Part shown: positions 35,960 through 49,700 of the stretch, one piece after another
Position numbering within the stretch: position 1 is the stretch's first letter
Layout of the letters: each line of letters begins with the position of its first letter
NCBI RefSeq assembly: GCF_036971445.1
Contig: NC_091476.1
Span: forward strand, 44,330,001-44,394,000
Length of the DNA: 64,000 nt
Source of the DNA: Narcine bancroftii
Lineage: Eukaryota
Direction of reading: 5' to 3'
Translations under genes and position numbers: made by a program
The notes under the pieces: generated by a model
Told to the model about the DNA's origin: nothing
What the model saw: only the letters and a program-made list of their open reading frames with translations
Database searches by the model: none

Positions 35960-37042
35960 GTATACATAACAACCCTTGGTTTTTGCTGTTGTTTAATGTC
36001 TATTTGTGGATGAATCCTTCCACTCTCTGTTGGATGCATGCATCATTCTCTGAGAACCCCATTTTCCACATTCTTCTCGCGCTTTGTCAAAAGTTTGTAA
36101 AGAATATTCTTTTTAAACCCTGTAATTCATTGGCATACAGGAATCTGCCACCCTCCGTCGTGAAGCAAAAAGGATGCTTTGGGACATGTACTAAATGTGA
36201 CAATACAAGTGCATCTTCAGTTAGCACTTAAATATCCTGAATTATCTTCATCTCTGTGCCTTTGTTTTCAAAATGTATCTCTTTTTTATATGTTGGAAAT
36301 ATCTTTAGATCTTGATTGCACAACATTGCGTTGCCCTTTACAATTCCTGCTGTTGAGTTCCATTACTAAAGATATGTTTTGATCATTTTTTATTCATCCT
36401 TTTCAAAGAATATTCCAAGTATTTTCCTACCACATTTAACAGGATAAAGCTCTTATCTAAATCTAGGAGATTTACCTGGACTCTATTTGATGTTTGCGAA
36501 CTAATTCAGCTTCCATTTTATCAAAAGTTTTTAATATCCTGAACCGTGGATTAAGATGTAATGAGAAACCACTGAGTTTTAGTTGCAGTCATTTACTAAC
36601 AGTTGTATGCTAATTTATAAGCATGGTCCCATAAACACAGAAACAGGCTTTTCAGATCACCTTCCATGCCCACCATTGTACATATCCACACTAACCCCAT
36701 TTTGCCGCATTAGGTCCACAGCCTTCTGATCTTCAGTGATCTTGTGTACTTGTATGAATGATTCTCGTATAAAACCATGCAGGAACAGGCTCTACAGATC
36801 ATGTCTGTTCTGAACATGATGTCCATGTTAAACCAACACTGCTGCTGTGTATGATATATATCTCTCCATCCCCATCATATTCACATGTCTATCTTGAAGC
36901 CTCATAAATCCCACTATTGTATACTCTTCCACCACTACTTCTGGCAGCCCGTTCATGACACTTATGCCTGTATATTTAAAAAAAAATTTGTACCCCTTTA
37001 AACTCCCTGCCCCTCTCTACCTTAAGTACATGTCCTCATGTA

Positions 37043-37222
37043 CAGCCATTCTCATCAGTGGGGGGGGAGGGGGGGGGTCATATGGCACCCTTGGAGGCCA
37101 CAGCACATTTTGGGGGGGGGGGCAGTAAGCGAGAAAAACAAACTGGTTCACAGAGAAGGGGTCTCATAGCCTTGAGCAGAGTCGTAAGAGGGCCATAGCC
37201 AAAAAAAGGTTGAGAACGACTG
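37043..37222. mobile_element. hAT-Charlie-like MITE inserted in a minus-strand CR1 3' fragment (about 36770-37620)
   Basis: TIRs CAGCCATTCTCA and TGAGAACGACTG (10/12). Flanking 8-mers CTCATGTA and CTCTAGTA resemble a decayed hAT TSD. The right end recurs at about 11106-11139. Confidence 0.7.
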
Positions 37223-37994
37223 CTCTAGTATATGATGTTCTTAAATGTACTGAGGATATCAGTCTTCACCCTTTGTTCATTACAGTATATTCTAGACCAA
37301 CCACCTTTTGTATGAAGAGTCCCTTAGATCCCTTCTGAACCTCCTAGATGAATTCCCTTTTGTTTTGCATGCCTGTGCCATGGGATTTTTTTGATATCTA
37401 TTCCATCTGAGTCTCTCCTTCAAATTTTATGCACTTTTTTAATCACATCACCTCTCTGCCTCCTGTGCCAAGCAAAATAAACCCAGCCTATTCAATCTCT
37501 CCTTTAAAACCAATATTCTCTAAGCCATGCGTGTTCTGGTGAATTTCTTTTGCACCCTCTCCAGTATTCCTTGTGACCAGTACTGTAGACAGTAGTTTAG
37601 GTATAACCTGACCTAACCTTTTAACTATTTCCTTTTGACAGAGTAACTCCTTCCAATGCAGGTGGGTGTTTTGAAGGGAGCTAATAAATCAAAAATGCTC
37701 CCCTCTTTATACATGTCTGCTTGCCCATTGAATGCTTCGTGCTATAATGCTGAATAATTTATTTGAATGTATTTTATCTCAATGTTGACTTCCAGAAATG
37801 GCTTCTGAATGGTATCCACTAAAAGTAATCAACTAGTTTTTGAAGTTAATTTTTCAAGGTTGCTTCCATGTATTTGATCGTAATAGCTCGAGGTTTAAAA
37901 TAAAAGCGATAAGCCAATGGAACAGAATCTGAAATTGAAGCAGTATTGGAAATATTCCGGTAGGGCAGCATTTGTGGGAAGGTTAATATTATGG

Positions 37995-38360
37995 CGAGCT
38001 CTCCACTGGCCACCAAGTTAGAGGTGCACCAAAGAAGAGGTACAAGGACTGCTTAAAGAAATCTCTTGGTGCCTGCCACATTGACCACCGCCAGTGGGCT
38101 GAATCGCCTCAAACCGTGCATCTTGGTGCCTCACAGTTCGACGGGCAGCAACCTCCTTTGAAGAAGACCGCAGAGCCCACCTCACTGACAAAAGACAAAG
38201 GAGGAAAAACCCAACCCCAACCAACCAATTTTCCCTTGCAACCGCTGCAGCCGTGTCTGCCTGTCCCGCATCGGACTTGTCAGTCACCAACAAACCTGCA
38301 GCAGACGTGGACATTTACCCCCTCCATAAATCTTCATCCGCGAAACCAAGCCAAAGAAAG
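37995..38360 (+). mobile_element. 5'-truncated RTE-clade LINE
   Basis: ELSTGHQVRGAPKKRYKDCLKKSLGACHIDHRQW, C-terminal CxxC-like region and (GAA)-type tail. TSD AATATTATGG at 37985-37994 and 38361-38370. Confidence 0.85.
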
Positions 38361-38719
38361 AATATTATGGGTCATCAGAATTAATGCCATTAATAGTTCA
38401 ACTTTCTGTTTAATAGGTCTTCAATATTTAAAACATAGATAATTTGTTTGGCTGATAATGTCCATTTTCCACTTTTTAGGTCAAACTTTCTCCATTCAAT
38501 TCCTCTTGTTCAGGGTATCCACTTGCTCTCACTACTTAATTTCTAATACTGTTGCAAAACCAATTTCATCCCTTCCCATTGTAAAACCTATTACTGTTTA
38601 GGTTACATGGTAGTACAAATCTATTTTCTCACCAGGAGGTAAATCTTTTATCCTTCTAGTGAGAACATTTTTACAAAACAGAAATCAAACCATTTTCACA
38701 TTTTTTTATTTTATTTCAG

Positions 38720-38822
38720 ATTGTAAAAATGGTGAAAAACACTAAAGATCATCCCATAACTTTAGCCATTGGTGACGGTGCAAATGATGTCAGTATGGTT
38801 CTGGAAGCACATGTTGGGATTG
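38720..38822 (+). CDS. ATP11C: ATP11C exon (GDGAND hinge)
   Basis: tttcag|ATT ... G|gtaaga. [34 protein letters not shown]. 103 nt. Confidence 0.97.
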
Positions 38823-39458
38823 GTAAGAAGATATTCAAAGTTCAAACAGAACAATGAGATTGATTGTAAATTAGTTGGCAACATTTGTAAATAATTTGTA
38901 ATTTCATCTCTTGCTTTCATTGTTATCTATTTTCTTCATACCAAAAAACCTTGTCCAGTGATCTAGTCTATGGCATGTTCTATTGGAAATGCTGTATACA
39001 AGTTTTTTTATTCAGTATTTGTTTCGTTCTCCTGAGGATGGGTATATCGAGCAAAGTCACTCCAGATGGATTTCTGGAATGAATTTTCAGGCTTGGTGTG
39101 AACCTGGATTTTTTATTTATTTACAGGGCTTTGGATAATCTGGTTTTTTTTTTGCATCTTATCGAAGTAGAGGTTTGCAGATTTTTGTTCCAAAGGGAAT
39201 GAGTGATGAATTTGGGATCAGATGAGAAGAGGAAAGAAAAGGATCAACCATGTTAATAAGTAATGGGACAAGACCAAAGACCAAAGTGGCTTACTCCCTG
39301 ATATATGTTTAATAGTTCCTGAACCATAATAGAATTTGTACCTGAATTCTTTCACCAATTGTTCTGATGCAATTTTGTCCCTAACACCTCAGTATCCAGC
39401 AAGAGTTAATTTTTTTTTTATTTACAAGCTTTGAAATACTTTAAATCTTTAATTTCAG

Positions 39459-39604
39459 GTTTAAAAGGCAAGGAAGGGCGCCAAGCAGCCAGAAATAGTG
39501 ATTATGCAATACCAAAGTTCAAACACCTACGAAAACTTCTACTTGCTCATGGACATTTGTACTACATCCGGATAGCACAACTTGTGCAGTATTTCTTTTA
39601 CAAG
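39459..39604 (+). CDS. ATP11C: ATP11C exon (end of P domain, start of TM5)
   Basis: tttcag|GT ... AAG|gtctgc. (G)[48 protein letters not shown]. 146 nt. Confidence 0.96.
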
Positions 39605-39979
39605 GTCTGCCAATTAATATATTTTATGTATAAATCCATGTTTTTATTGTACTATACTTTGCCTGTTTTACTTCGTGTTTATTCCTGTCTCTTGTTTCCT
39701 GGAGTCATGGCATCCTTCAGGCTTAATTCAGCCCTTGACCAAAAGGGTCCACAATCAGTGTTAATATATCTGTTCCTCAAACATGCCACTGGAGTGTAAT
39801 CCTGCTGTAGTCCAAGGCTGTCACAAGCAAAATTTAAAATCTCTTGGAATGGAACGCATCTGGCAAATACACTGAGTTGGAAGTAGGCTATCAGTATTCC
39901 CATAGTATCCTTGGAGGGGTGGTGTTTTGATATTGGTAGTTTGCTAATTTTGCTCTATAATCCAGCAACAGTGAAACAG

Positions 39980-40760
39980 TTTCTATATCTGTCTCTCATC
40001 TCAAACTATATGCTGATATTTCCTGCAAACCCATTGACTCCCACAGCTACCTTGACTACATCTCTTCCCACTCTTTCTCCTAGTTTTTCTGTCTCTGCTG
40101 TCAAGTTGAGGCTGTTCATTCCACAACATCAGAAATGTCCTCCTTTTACAGACACAGCTTTCTCTTGGCTTTGGTCAATAGAGCCAGCTCCTGGTTTTTC
40201 TCAGTCTGTGTTCTCTTGCATCCCTCCCTCCAAATGGAATGGGGATACAGTTCCTCTTGTCCCCACCTTGAATGTCATCAGCCTTATAAGAGGCAAAAAT
40301 TCACATGCAGCACCTCAGCCTGCTCCATGTAATTCAGTTCTTCCAATGTGGACTCCTGTGAGACCAAGTGCAGACTTCGGGACAGTTTTGCAGAGCAACT
40401 TCGCTTTGTCAAAATGGCCATTCAAGCTCCTGGTTGCACACCATTTCAGCTTCTTCCCATTCTCAAGCCAACTTGTCCATTCCTAAGTGAGGACAACTGT
40501 AAATGAGCAGAACACCTCACATTCTGCCTGGCCAGTCTATAGCCCAATGGTATGAATGTTGAATATTCCAATTTCAGGTAACTACTTGTGTTCTTTCCTC
40601 TTTCCCCTCCCCAGCCCTCTCTGCTCAATCACATCACATTCTTCTCCATCTTCCCCTCCCCCTTCATCTCTCTGGTGTCTCTTTATATCACGACTGTCTT
40701 ATGTATACAACTTTGGTTCTATCTGATTCCAGCCCTGGCAGCCTTTGTCTCTATTTGTCA
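39980..40760 (+). mobile_element. Penelope-like remnant
   Basis: cccattgactcccacagctaccttgactacatctcttccca (PLE RT C-terminal region), RLRDSFAEQL...VAHHF GIY-YIG remnant and ggtatgaatgttgaatattccaatttcagg. Confidence 0.7.
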
Positions 40761-40761
40761 T

Positions 40762-41190
40762 CAGCTGCCTGGATTAGAGAACATCTTGTGAAGAAAAGTT
40801 GAGCAAGTGAGGGTTTTTCTCTTTGAGCAACAAAAGGTGAAAAATGACTTAATAGAGGTGTATGAGAGGCATAGAGTAGACACCCAGCACATTTTCTTCC
40901 CCAGAGCAGCAGTGGCCAGTACCAGAGGACATCTGTTCAAGGTGAGTAGAGGAAGGTTTAGGGGAGATGTTAGAGGTAGGTTTTTACAGAGTGGTGGGTG
41001 CCTGCAATGCACTGCTGGGGTGATAGAGGCTAGTACAACAGACATTTAAGAGACTCTTAAATGGGCACGTGGAAGTTAGAAAAGTGGAGAGTTCTGGGAG
41101 AGGAGTGGTCAGATTGATGATAGGGTAGGTAGGTTTATATAGGCAGGTACAACATCTTGAGCCAAAGGGCCTATACTATTGTGTTATGTG
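40762..41190 (+). mobile_element. CR1 3' fragment
   Basis: gacttaatagaggtgtat...gaggacatctgttcaaggtgag...tttaggggagatgttagagg and tail gccaaagggcctatact. Confidence 0.8.
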
Positions 41191-43002
41191 AATTACTTGG
41201 AATAATATGAAGGTGTTTTGATGTGTGACATTACTATATTTGTTTCAGTTGTAACGGTCATAATGTAAAGAGTCACTGTCAAAATTCATGTCGCCAAACA
41301 CTTCTGTTATAGTATGCTTTAGGCACTGGATTTTGATGGACTGTAAAAGATATTTAATAGAAAGATTTTGGTCCTATGGAAAGTGAGGCATGGGAATTAA
41401 TGTAAAAGTGAATAAAAGGTGTGCGTGGCATCAAACTTCACTAGGAAAGATAGAAATAATAAGTAGAAATATTTAAATTGGGATTTCTTAAAAATAACTT
41501 TTTCTGGCAGGGGAGTGATAGGTTGAGGGAAGAGCGATTCTGAACCATTGGAGCTACAGACTAAGAGGGTTCAGTTCTGATGTATTTCATCTCTGGTCTA
41601 AAATAAAGATGCTGGTTCATGTTAGTTTTAAATATGAAAACTTTGGAGCATGCATGACCATATGAAATTGCAAATAGAAACTATAAGACCTTCAAAAAGG
41701 GAGGGAGATGGTGCAAGCAAATTAACTTTATATCTGTTATAGAAAATGTAGGAAGTTATTAAAGACATTTTCACAGGGCATTTAGAAAAATTAATGGTAG
41801 TTGGATAAAATTAACGGTTTTGTATTAGAATTATTTGAAAAATCAAATTGTGGTAGAGGCGAGCCAGTAGATGTTCTACATGTGCATTATCAGAAGATGT
41901 AGTTTGATGTTAATATCATTACAGAAGAGTTAAATTGGCTGGCTATCAGGAAACAGTAGGTAACAAATGTGTACCCTGGGATTAGTCTTGTGCCTCAATG
42001 GAACAAATGGCCTAGTTCTGCTCCTGTGACTTATGGACTGAATGTGACTCCCCTTGTATTAAAAGCAAAGGTTATTGCCATCGTGGTACTATTAGTTGAT
42101 TATTACCTGTGACATAAATATTTATCTTCGGTAGTCAGTCCCTGCCTAGATGTTCAGTGGAAATGCCAGATTTATTGACATGTAGCTCACATATTTGGCT
42201 TGAATTTGAACTTGAACCCACAGGTATGCTTTCTGAATTCAAACTGATTAAAATTCAAACGGATAAAGAAAATGTGTTGGCTTGCTTACTGAATTTTATC
42301 TCCTTTTTATCCAAATTGCTGAGATAAGCCAAATGAGTTTGTATGGACCCTATTTGAGTGTTTGGCTACTGCTCTATTACTTGCTGCTTTATCTTTTGAG
42401 TTAAAACATTTTGAAAAGTTACAAATGGTTATTTGTTTTCCACTTAATTTTGTTACTGAGTTGTAGTAACACAACAATTTTAAATGTGTGGGCTTGCAGC
42501 TCCATTCATAATATTGTCCTAAATTCTGAGTATTGAAGGTGTTATGCTATTTACATTCTAGTTTGTAAACTATATTTAGGACCTTAACATAATGCAGTTG
42601 TTCTGCAAGCAGTATGTACCTGCCTCAGTCATATTCATAAAGTTACTGAGGTAATTGCACCATCTCATTATCCAGCTGATGGTTTGAATTCATAAAGTGG
42701 CAAACACTTTAAAAAATAACTAAACTTGCTGACGGATCAACAAGGCCAGAATACTCTAATAGAATAGTCCTCTACTCTATAATAATGGTGAGAATATTTG
42801 CATCCATCTGAGAGGAAAGATAGGTCTGCAGTTTGATATCTTGCATTGGCTGGATTAAATGTATTTGAGAATTCATTGTTTTATATACACAAGTACAATG
42901 TACAGATGAACTGACATTCTTGCATACTACAAGATACACCATCTACTATAGTATAAATTAAATTACCACAATGTGCCATTAAACAAAGGATACGTATAAA
43001 TA

Positions 43003-43573
43003 CAGTACAACTCAGATTATCCAAAATCTAATTCTTTGAAATCCTCATTTTTTGTATAAGTGAGGACATCCAAACGAATCAGAAATCCTCATCTATCCAA
43101 AATTTTTCGGAGCCAAACTGACCTCACAGGTTGAAAAATAAATTCAACTGACGTGAAATTTGAACGACAATTGTTCTCGTTTCAGGTAACTCCCTCCCCC
43201 TGTCTTTCCATTTCCTCTTTACCTTCCCCTATTGACTTTTCTCTCCAACTCTCCCTCTCAAACTGCATGCCACTATCTCCCAGCCTCAACCAGTTGGAAG
43301 AATCCCTTGTCCTGGCATCATCAAGGAGAGTGAGCTCCCGGCAGCAGCGGGGCCTCGATGGGGAGGTGTTGGTGATCAGCGATGGCCAGCATTGTTTTCT
43401 GTGAGAATTGAATGTTATTTTAATGCTTAAAAGGCCTTCCCTTGATGCTTGTGGTTGTGGAAACACTGTTACAAGTGATTTGCTGTTACCACTGGGCTGA
43501 AAAAAAGACCAGTTATCTGAAAAAACCATTTATCCCACATATGCCCGGTCCTGACCTTTTCGGATAATCTGTA
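43003..43573. mobile_element. Tigger/pogo-like non-autonomous DNA transposon, degenerate
   Basis: TA|CAGTACAACTCAGATTATCCAAAA at left; TTTCGGATAATC at right is its inverted sub-terminal copy. Confidence 0.5.
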
Positions 43574-43892
43574 CATTCACAATTGCAGTTAGTTCAAAAA
43601 AAACAACTTGCTTGTGTCCCTGACTGGGTAAACTGACTTGGAAATGAGAGCACAAGAGCTGTTCATTTTCAGCCAGACCCTGCCAATAGCATTTGCAGTT
43701 TTGAACAATTAGAACAATTTGACATTTCTACAAATAAGTGATCAGTGTCGTATGTTTTAATATTTGAGGGGTATCCCATGGTCTTGTAATCCCAGTCAGT
43801 TCTATAATTTGCTAATAGTTCCTTGAGGGTAACAAAAGATTAAATGTATTTGCAAATTGCAAATTTTATTTGGTGTTCACTTTATTTTCCAG

Positions 43893-43952
43893 AATCTTTG
43901 CTTCATTTTACCTCAGTTTTTATACCAATTCTTCTGTGGATTTTCTCAGCAG
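43893..43952 (+). CDS. ATP11C: ATP11C exon (TM5)
   Basis: ttccag|AAT ... CAG|gttagt. [20 protein letters not shown]. 60 nt. Confidence 0.96.
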
Positions 43953-44268
43953 GTTAGTATTGCCGTATCAGTTTGTGGTACAGATTGGTGGGGAGGAGGA
44001 CTGGCTAACTGGTTGGTAAATTTGCTCTTGCCGTGATGGAAGACTTTTGACTGCTGGGGACATGGTTCTCAAATTAAACCTCATTCATAATATTTATTTC
44101 TCATTTAGTCAACTTACCAATAAACCAAATGCTGTACTCCACCCATCCACCCTTCCCAATGCCTTCTGTGAACTGCAAACCTAAGACACCAGTTTACCTT
44201 ACTAGATTGTTAATTAATGCTCCAATTACAGTATTTTATATTCATCTATTTTCTCTCCCTTTCTCAAG

Positions 44269-44396
44269 CCAATATATGATGCAACTTACCTCACGCTTTA
44301 TAATATCTGCTTCACTTCTCTGCCAATCCTTTTGTATAGTCTGGTGGAACAGCATATAAACATTGAAATACTGAAAAAAGATCCCTCTCTTTACAG
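44269..44396 (+). CDS. ATP11C: ATP11C exon (TM6)
   Basis: ctcaag|CCA ... AG|gttagt. [42 protein letters not shown]. 128 nt. Confidence 0.95.
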
Positions 44397-47130
44397 GTTA
44401 GTAGCAATTATCTTTATCCTAGAGTTCATTCGTTTTCTGATGTGGATTATAAAATTAGCAAACAAATGCTCTAATATAACACAGGGCAGCAAGATTTAAT
44501 AAACCTCTTAAACTGCTTGTGATATTATTTTTCAAGCATGTTTTCAGTTTAGAATGCTTTTAAAGAAAGGGAGTTGTTTTGGTCACTCCCCTAATGCTGG
44601 CAGTTCATTAATAAAAGCTTGCTCTTCAATAATTTTAATTCATTGAATTAATCTGTATTAATTCTAATTGTGATCTTCCTTAAATTTGAAGTCTTATCAG
44701 GAGATTCACTAATTCAGTGTGGAGATAAATAACAGGCAATGGGGAAAGGTATGAATCATAATTGACAGCTATGATGAGACTCCCTTCTGTACCAAAAAAA
44801 CACTGGGATTGATTTGAGACTGGTAGAGGACCATAAGAGAGGTAGAGAGGATCAATGGGGTCTCTAAAGCTCTCCCCCCCCAACCCTGCCATCAACATGA
44901 TCTACTGGAATTTGAAGAATTTGTAAAATTTTTGAGGACCCCCTACCCCCTATGTGTGGCATCTTTCAGCTAACCCTTTGGGAAAGAGATACTGGAGTTT
45001 CAGAGCCAGGCTGATTATTCTTCCCATGGGCAGCGAGACTGAACTACTCATACAAACCTTCTGAGATTCTATTATTTATTAATAATATTTTTTTATATGT
45101 ACTGCATGTGTATTGTTTGTGTGTTAATGTCTGCATGTATGTTTGCTCTGAGGACTGGAAAATGCTGCTTTGTCAGGTTATACGTACAATTGGATGAAGA
45201 TGAACTTGATGTATTCAAAAATAATTCCTAAACTGAAAACTTCAAGTCTTGAAATTAAAGAAACAACTGCAAGGGTGACTGAAGGTTGAGTTCTAGAAAT
45301 GAAAAAGAACCAAAATGGAGCACATCAACAAGAAGTGGCTGAAATACTAAACGCAAATGGATAAAATAGAGTTGAAAGTATTTATGACCATATCCATATG
45401 ACTCTTGTAACTTTCACCCCAGCAGATACCCAGCATAATATGTGACTTATGAAAGGTGATGCAGAGGCAATGGCACACTCTTGATGAAGGGTTCCATCTG
45501 GAAAAGTTGACTTTTCTTATTCTCCCACTACTCAAGCTGCTGAGTCCCTCCAGAAGACTGCCAGGATGTGCACAGACCTTTCAGTGTGGTGAAGACCATC
45601 TTTAGCCCAGAAACCCAATGTCTCAACTCACTTAGTAACGGGAACAGAAGTAACAAGGACAACCAGTCACTGCCTGCTGGAAGGAACATTTTAAAGTCTT
45701 TCTCAATATTAATTTGTGTTTTTGTGCAACAACCAAGAAATCCACAGAAAATGGCCCTTGACTTTGACTCTTTCAAGTAGGAGTGAATGTGGAGCTCCTG
45801 CCACAGATTCACCTTTCCACAGAAATTTGTTTCCATTACGTGTGTGTCTCATCTTTTCTTGCAATACAAGATCCAACCAGCAGCTCCACAACAGACGTAA
45901 TCTCTAGGATTAGACAAGGCTCTGTTCTAGCCATGATACTTTGTTCAATCTTTCATTGCGGTCACTTATGAAAACGAGGAAGAACAAGTGCGTGTGTGTT
46001 TGCTCTCATGCTGCCATACTGTTTCTCTTGTTGCTTGTCTGTGGTCTAATTGTATCCCTCCTAATGCCATTGCAATTCCTCCACAATTCCTCAGGGGGGT
46101 TACACCTCTACCATCAGACTTCTCAACACAAACTAAATCAGGAACTAATTTAAGGACTCTTGTGCACTGTATTGATTTTCTTTGCTCTTATTGCACAGTC
46201 ATTTTGTTTTCATTTGTCATCTGTTTACAGTTCTTTTGATTATGTTATCAATGCTGTACTGTTTATTTTTGCACTACCAATTAGTGATAATTCTGGCACA
46301 CCCACAGGAAAAGGAATCTTAGGGTTGTAAATGAATGCCATGTATGTATTCTGACAATAAATCTGAATCTAAAGTCTTTCTGTGGGTTCCTCCACCTGTC
46401 ATCTCACCAAGTCTATCTGTCTTTGATTGGGCCACATTTTGTTTTTCAAAACTTTCTCCAGTTCAAGAGGATGAATTGGTGTGGATAGCTAACTATTTCT
46501 AACTGTGGGTGATTTTTTTTTGTACAAACTCTCTACATACCTTGATTGAACTGTGAAACAATTTTAAATGAAGTACTAAAGGACCGGAATCATTGAGAAA
46601 TACATTTTTGAACATTGTTCAATAGAACTGCTACAGCAGGAATAATTCGATTTGTCATTTACAGCTGTAGGTTAGAATAAATTGCTGCTGCTAGTTTGCA
46701 AAATTGGTGTTGCATGTTTGATTGGATGTTGTCTGGTTCTGCCGCCTTGTGTGATAGGGTTCTCCTCACCTCAAGCTATGCAGAGGGCCCGTTCATCAGG
46801 GGGACATGGAGCTTTCTTTGCCCTGTTTGAAATTTCAGATTCATTAAAGCAGTTCTTCTGTTGTTCATTGGCCTTTATGTAACCCTGATGTGTGCTATTT
46901 GTTTTATTTGTATTGCACCACTAATAATTTTCCATATTTCAGATGGTTATCAGTGGTTATCCTATTGTTTTGAGAATCAGAAATTTGCAAAGTTCACAGC
47001 CCTGCACATTTTCAGTAATTTCAGCTGAAAGTGTTTAACAACTCATGCAAGCACAAGTAAATGTCTATAGTATATGTTTTTTGCATTTTCTATTAACTTG
47101 CTGTAAGTTTTGAAGAAGAGGGCGCACAAA

Positions 47131-47204
47131 ATCAGTGAACCGGTGCGGACTCGAAAGGCCAACATGGCCTGTTTCCGCTCCGTAAATGGTTATATGGTTA
47201 TATG
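47131..47204 (+). mobile_element. Short CR1-type 3' tip with (GGTTATAT)n tail
   Basis: ggtgcggactcgaaaggccaacatggcctgtttccgctccgtaaatggttatatggttatatg; CpGs retained. Confidence 0.65.
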
Positions 47205-47242
47205 TGCCAGGTGCATGATTTTTTTTCTTTTATTTCCTGCAG

Positions 47243-47378
47243 GAACATTGCCAATAATGCATTGCTTCAGTGGAAACCTTTCCTTTATTGGACCATGCTT
47301 GGGCTCTTCAATGGGCTGGTATTTTTCTTTGGGGCATATTTCCTGTATGATAATGTATCCATTGCAGCAAATGGACAG
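47243..47378 (+). CDS. ATP11C: ATP11C exon (TM7)
   Basis: ctgcag|G ... CAG|gtcaga. NIANNALLQWKPFLYWTMLGLFNGLVFFFGAYFLYDNVSIAANGQ. 136 nt. Confidence 0.95.
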
Positions 47379-47489
47379 GTCAGAACTGAAATATTTTCAT
47401 TGGTGACAGTAAAATTTTTATCACTTTTGACTGTTAACAAATGTATCTGCTTCAAAATAAACATGAATTGACTATCCTGCTCTGTTATT

Positions 47490-47728
47490 TAAATTTGGAT
47501 ATACAGCACGCAATAGACCATTTCAACTCACAAATCCATGCTGCCCAATTTATGCCCAATTAACCTTTGAATGGTGGGAGGAATCCAAAGCTCCGGGGGG
47601 GTGGGTAGAAACCCAAGCAGATACCGGGAGAACATACAAACTCCCTAAAGATAGACAGGATTCAAACCCCGGTCCCAATCACTGGTGTTGTAAAGGTGTT
47701 GCATTAACCACTATGTCAACCATCCTGA
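47490..47728 (-). mobile_element. V-SINE copy
   Basis: ggtgggaggaatccaaagctccggggg...acccaagcagataccgggagaacatacaaactcc...ggattcaaacccc. Confidence 0.78.
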
Positions 47729-48065
47729 CCCATAATTTTATGTAAATATTTTGTAGTTTTGTGTAATTAACCATATAATCAGGAATAAAATGACTATATT
47801 TTATCCATTCAGAGTTATTCTCAAGTGCGGTCATAAAATTAATTGTGTTGAAGCATTTTCTTTTATAGGCAGAAACAACACAGGCAGCACTATAAACAGA
47901 AAATGTAAGCGATTGGACGTTATTCAGGATATTAGGAGTAGTTGAACCACTAATAATTGGCAATCTTGTATTTTTTATTTAAATTATGGAAACAGATGAA
48001 ATTCATTAATAATCTGTTGATCCTTAAAATTTGTTGTGCCATTGAAGCTTTCCTTAACTTGAATA

Positions 48066-48271
48066 CAGTAAAATCCCTGCTATCCGCCACCTATGGAGAT
48101 TGGTAGATGATTTTGCCGGTTGCTTGAGATTGCATATTGCGTAAATTGGTGAACTGGCCTGGTGGGTGGGGGGGTGGGGGCAATTTTCAACTTTTGTATT
48201 TTTTACCTCTTTATTTTCTGCAATTTTATTTTTGGCAGTTGCTTGAATTCCAGAGAGTGGGAATTTTACTG
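48066..48271. mobile_element. Tc1/pogo-type MITE
   Basis: TA|CAGTAAAATCCC ... GGGAATTTTACTG|TA terminal inverted repeats with TA duplication. Confidence 0.8.
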
Positions 48272-49487
48272 TATTGTCAATTGTTTGATGTAGCCCTTGG
48301 TGCAACTTTTTCATGATTTTTAAAAATTGCTTCAAGCTGTGCGTCTTCTATGAAAGTGACGAGTAAATTTGGGGCTGCATTTGCCTTGCTCCTGACCTGG
48401 ACCAAAATTGTGCAGGAGTGACAATATTTAGGATTTCATTCTGACCATGATGTGCCCCAGGATGAAATAGGATGTGAATTTATTTATAAACCTGCAATTC
48501 ACTACCTATGCTACTTGCTTAAATGTGAAGGTCAAGTTTGAATTTTCAAATCAGTACAACATTTTAACATAGTACTTGTGTACAGTTGAAGTTTTGAAAT
48601 TCTGTCCATTTCAGACAAGTGCATTTTCACACCAAAGGATAAAAATGTAACAGTAAAATTCTGGAATTCAAGCAATTGGCAAAAAAAAAAAGGATTTTTA
48701 AAAAAAAAATAAATAAATAATGAGATAACAGGTAAAAAAAAATAGGTTGTTTAAAATTGTAAATGTTCTCTTAAGTAACACAAACTTTTGAAGATGAGAG
48801 CAAATGTTCACCCAGCAGCCTTGGTCATACTTTGCTCTTAACAACTGTTAGAATAAAGTTCTGTGAAACAGCAATGGTGTCATCCCAAGATGAAGAGCTG
48901 GTTGATGCCGCTCGCCTTTGGGGTGACTCTCATAGTGTCCCTTTATCCCTGTTTAGTAAGAATTGCCCCGGTCAGAGGCTTTATCTGTAAGGTGGGGGGG
49001 TTAATTATCTATCTTATTGTTCGTCTTTTGGGCAGCATCATGGATGGAGAGGAACCTGCAGATGCAGCAACAGTTAAATGTTTTCATAGAATGTGACTGA
49101 AAATAAAGTAAAATGCGTTAAGGTTTATATATTCATGCAAGTGAAGTTTGTTCAGTGCAAGTATAGTATTTTTGTCTTTTAAACTGTTTATTCTTAATGC
49201 AGGTGTATTAGTTGCACATTGTAAGAGAAAGTCTCAAGCAACCAGAAAATACACTTATCTGACATCTACCAAACCTCACAGGTGCTGGATTCCAGGGGTT
49301 TTACCTGCATTTCATTCCTTTTGCAACTTGTATCAGAAATGTTAATTTTGTTAAATATTGTTAGCAGCAATTAATATTTTATTTTATATTTTCTCTTTTA
49401 ATTTGGGTTTTAATACAGAATTAATTGACCATTTTCCTAATTAATCTTCAATTCAGTTAATGTTTAATTTTGTGTTGCCTATTACAG

Positions 49488-49553
49488 GTTTATGGAAACT
49501 GGACTTTTGGTACAATTGTCTTTACAGTTTTGGTATTTACAGTTAATTTTAAG
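49488..49553 (+). CDS. ATP11C: ATP11C exon (TM8)
   Basis: ttacag|GTT ... AAG|gtttgt. [22 protein letters not shown]. 66 nt. Confidence 0.95.
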
Positions 49554-49700
49554 GTTTGTGAATTTTATAATCATCTTTCAGCATTTGTGAAAATCAAGCT
49601 CTTCTGATGTTGTTGTCTGATGTCCTGGCATAATTTTATTGCAAGTTTTTCAAGGTTAAGTGATATTCTCAGATCAGAAGCAAAAAAAAAACTGTTCCCC

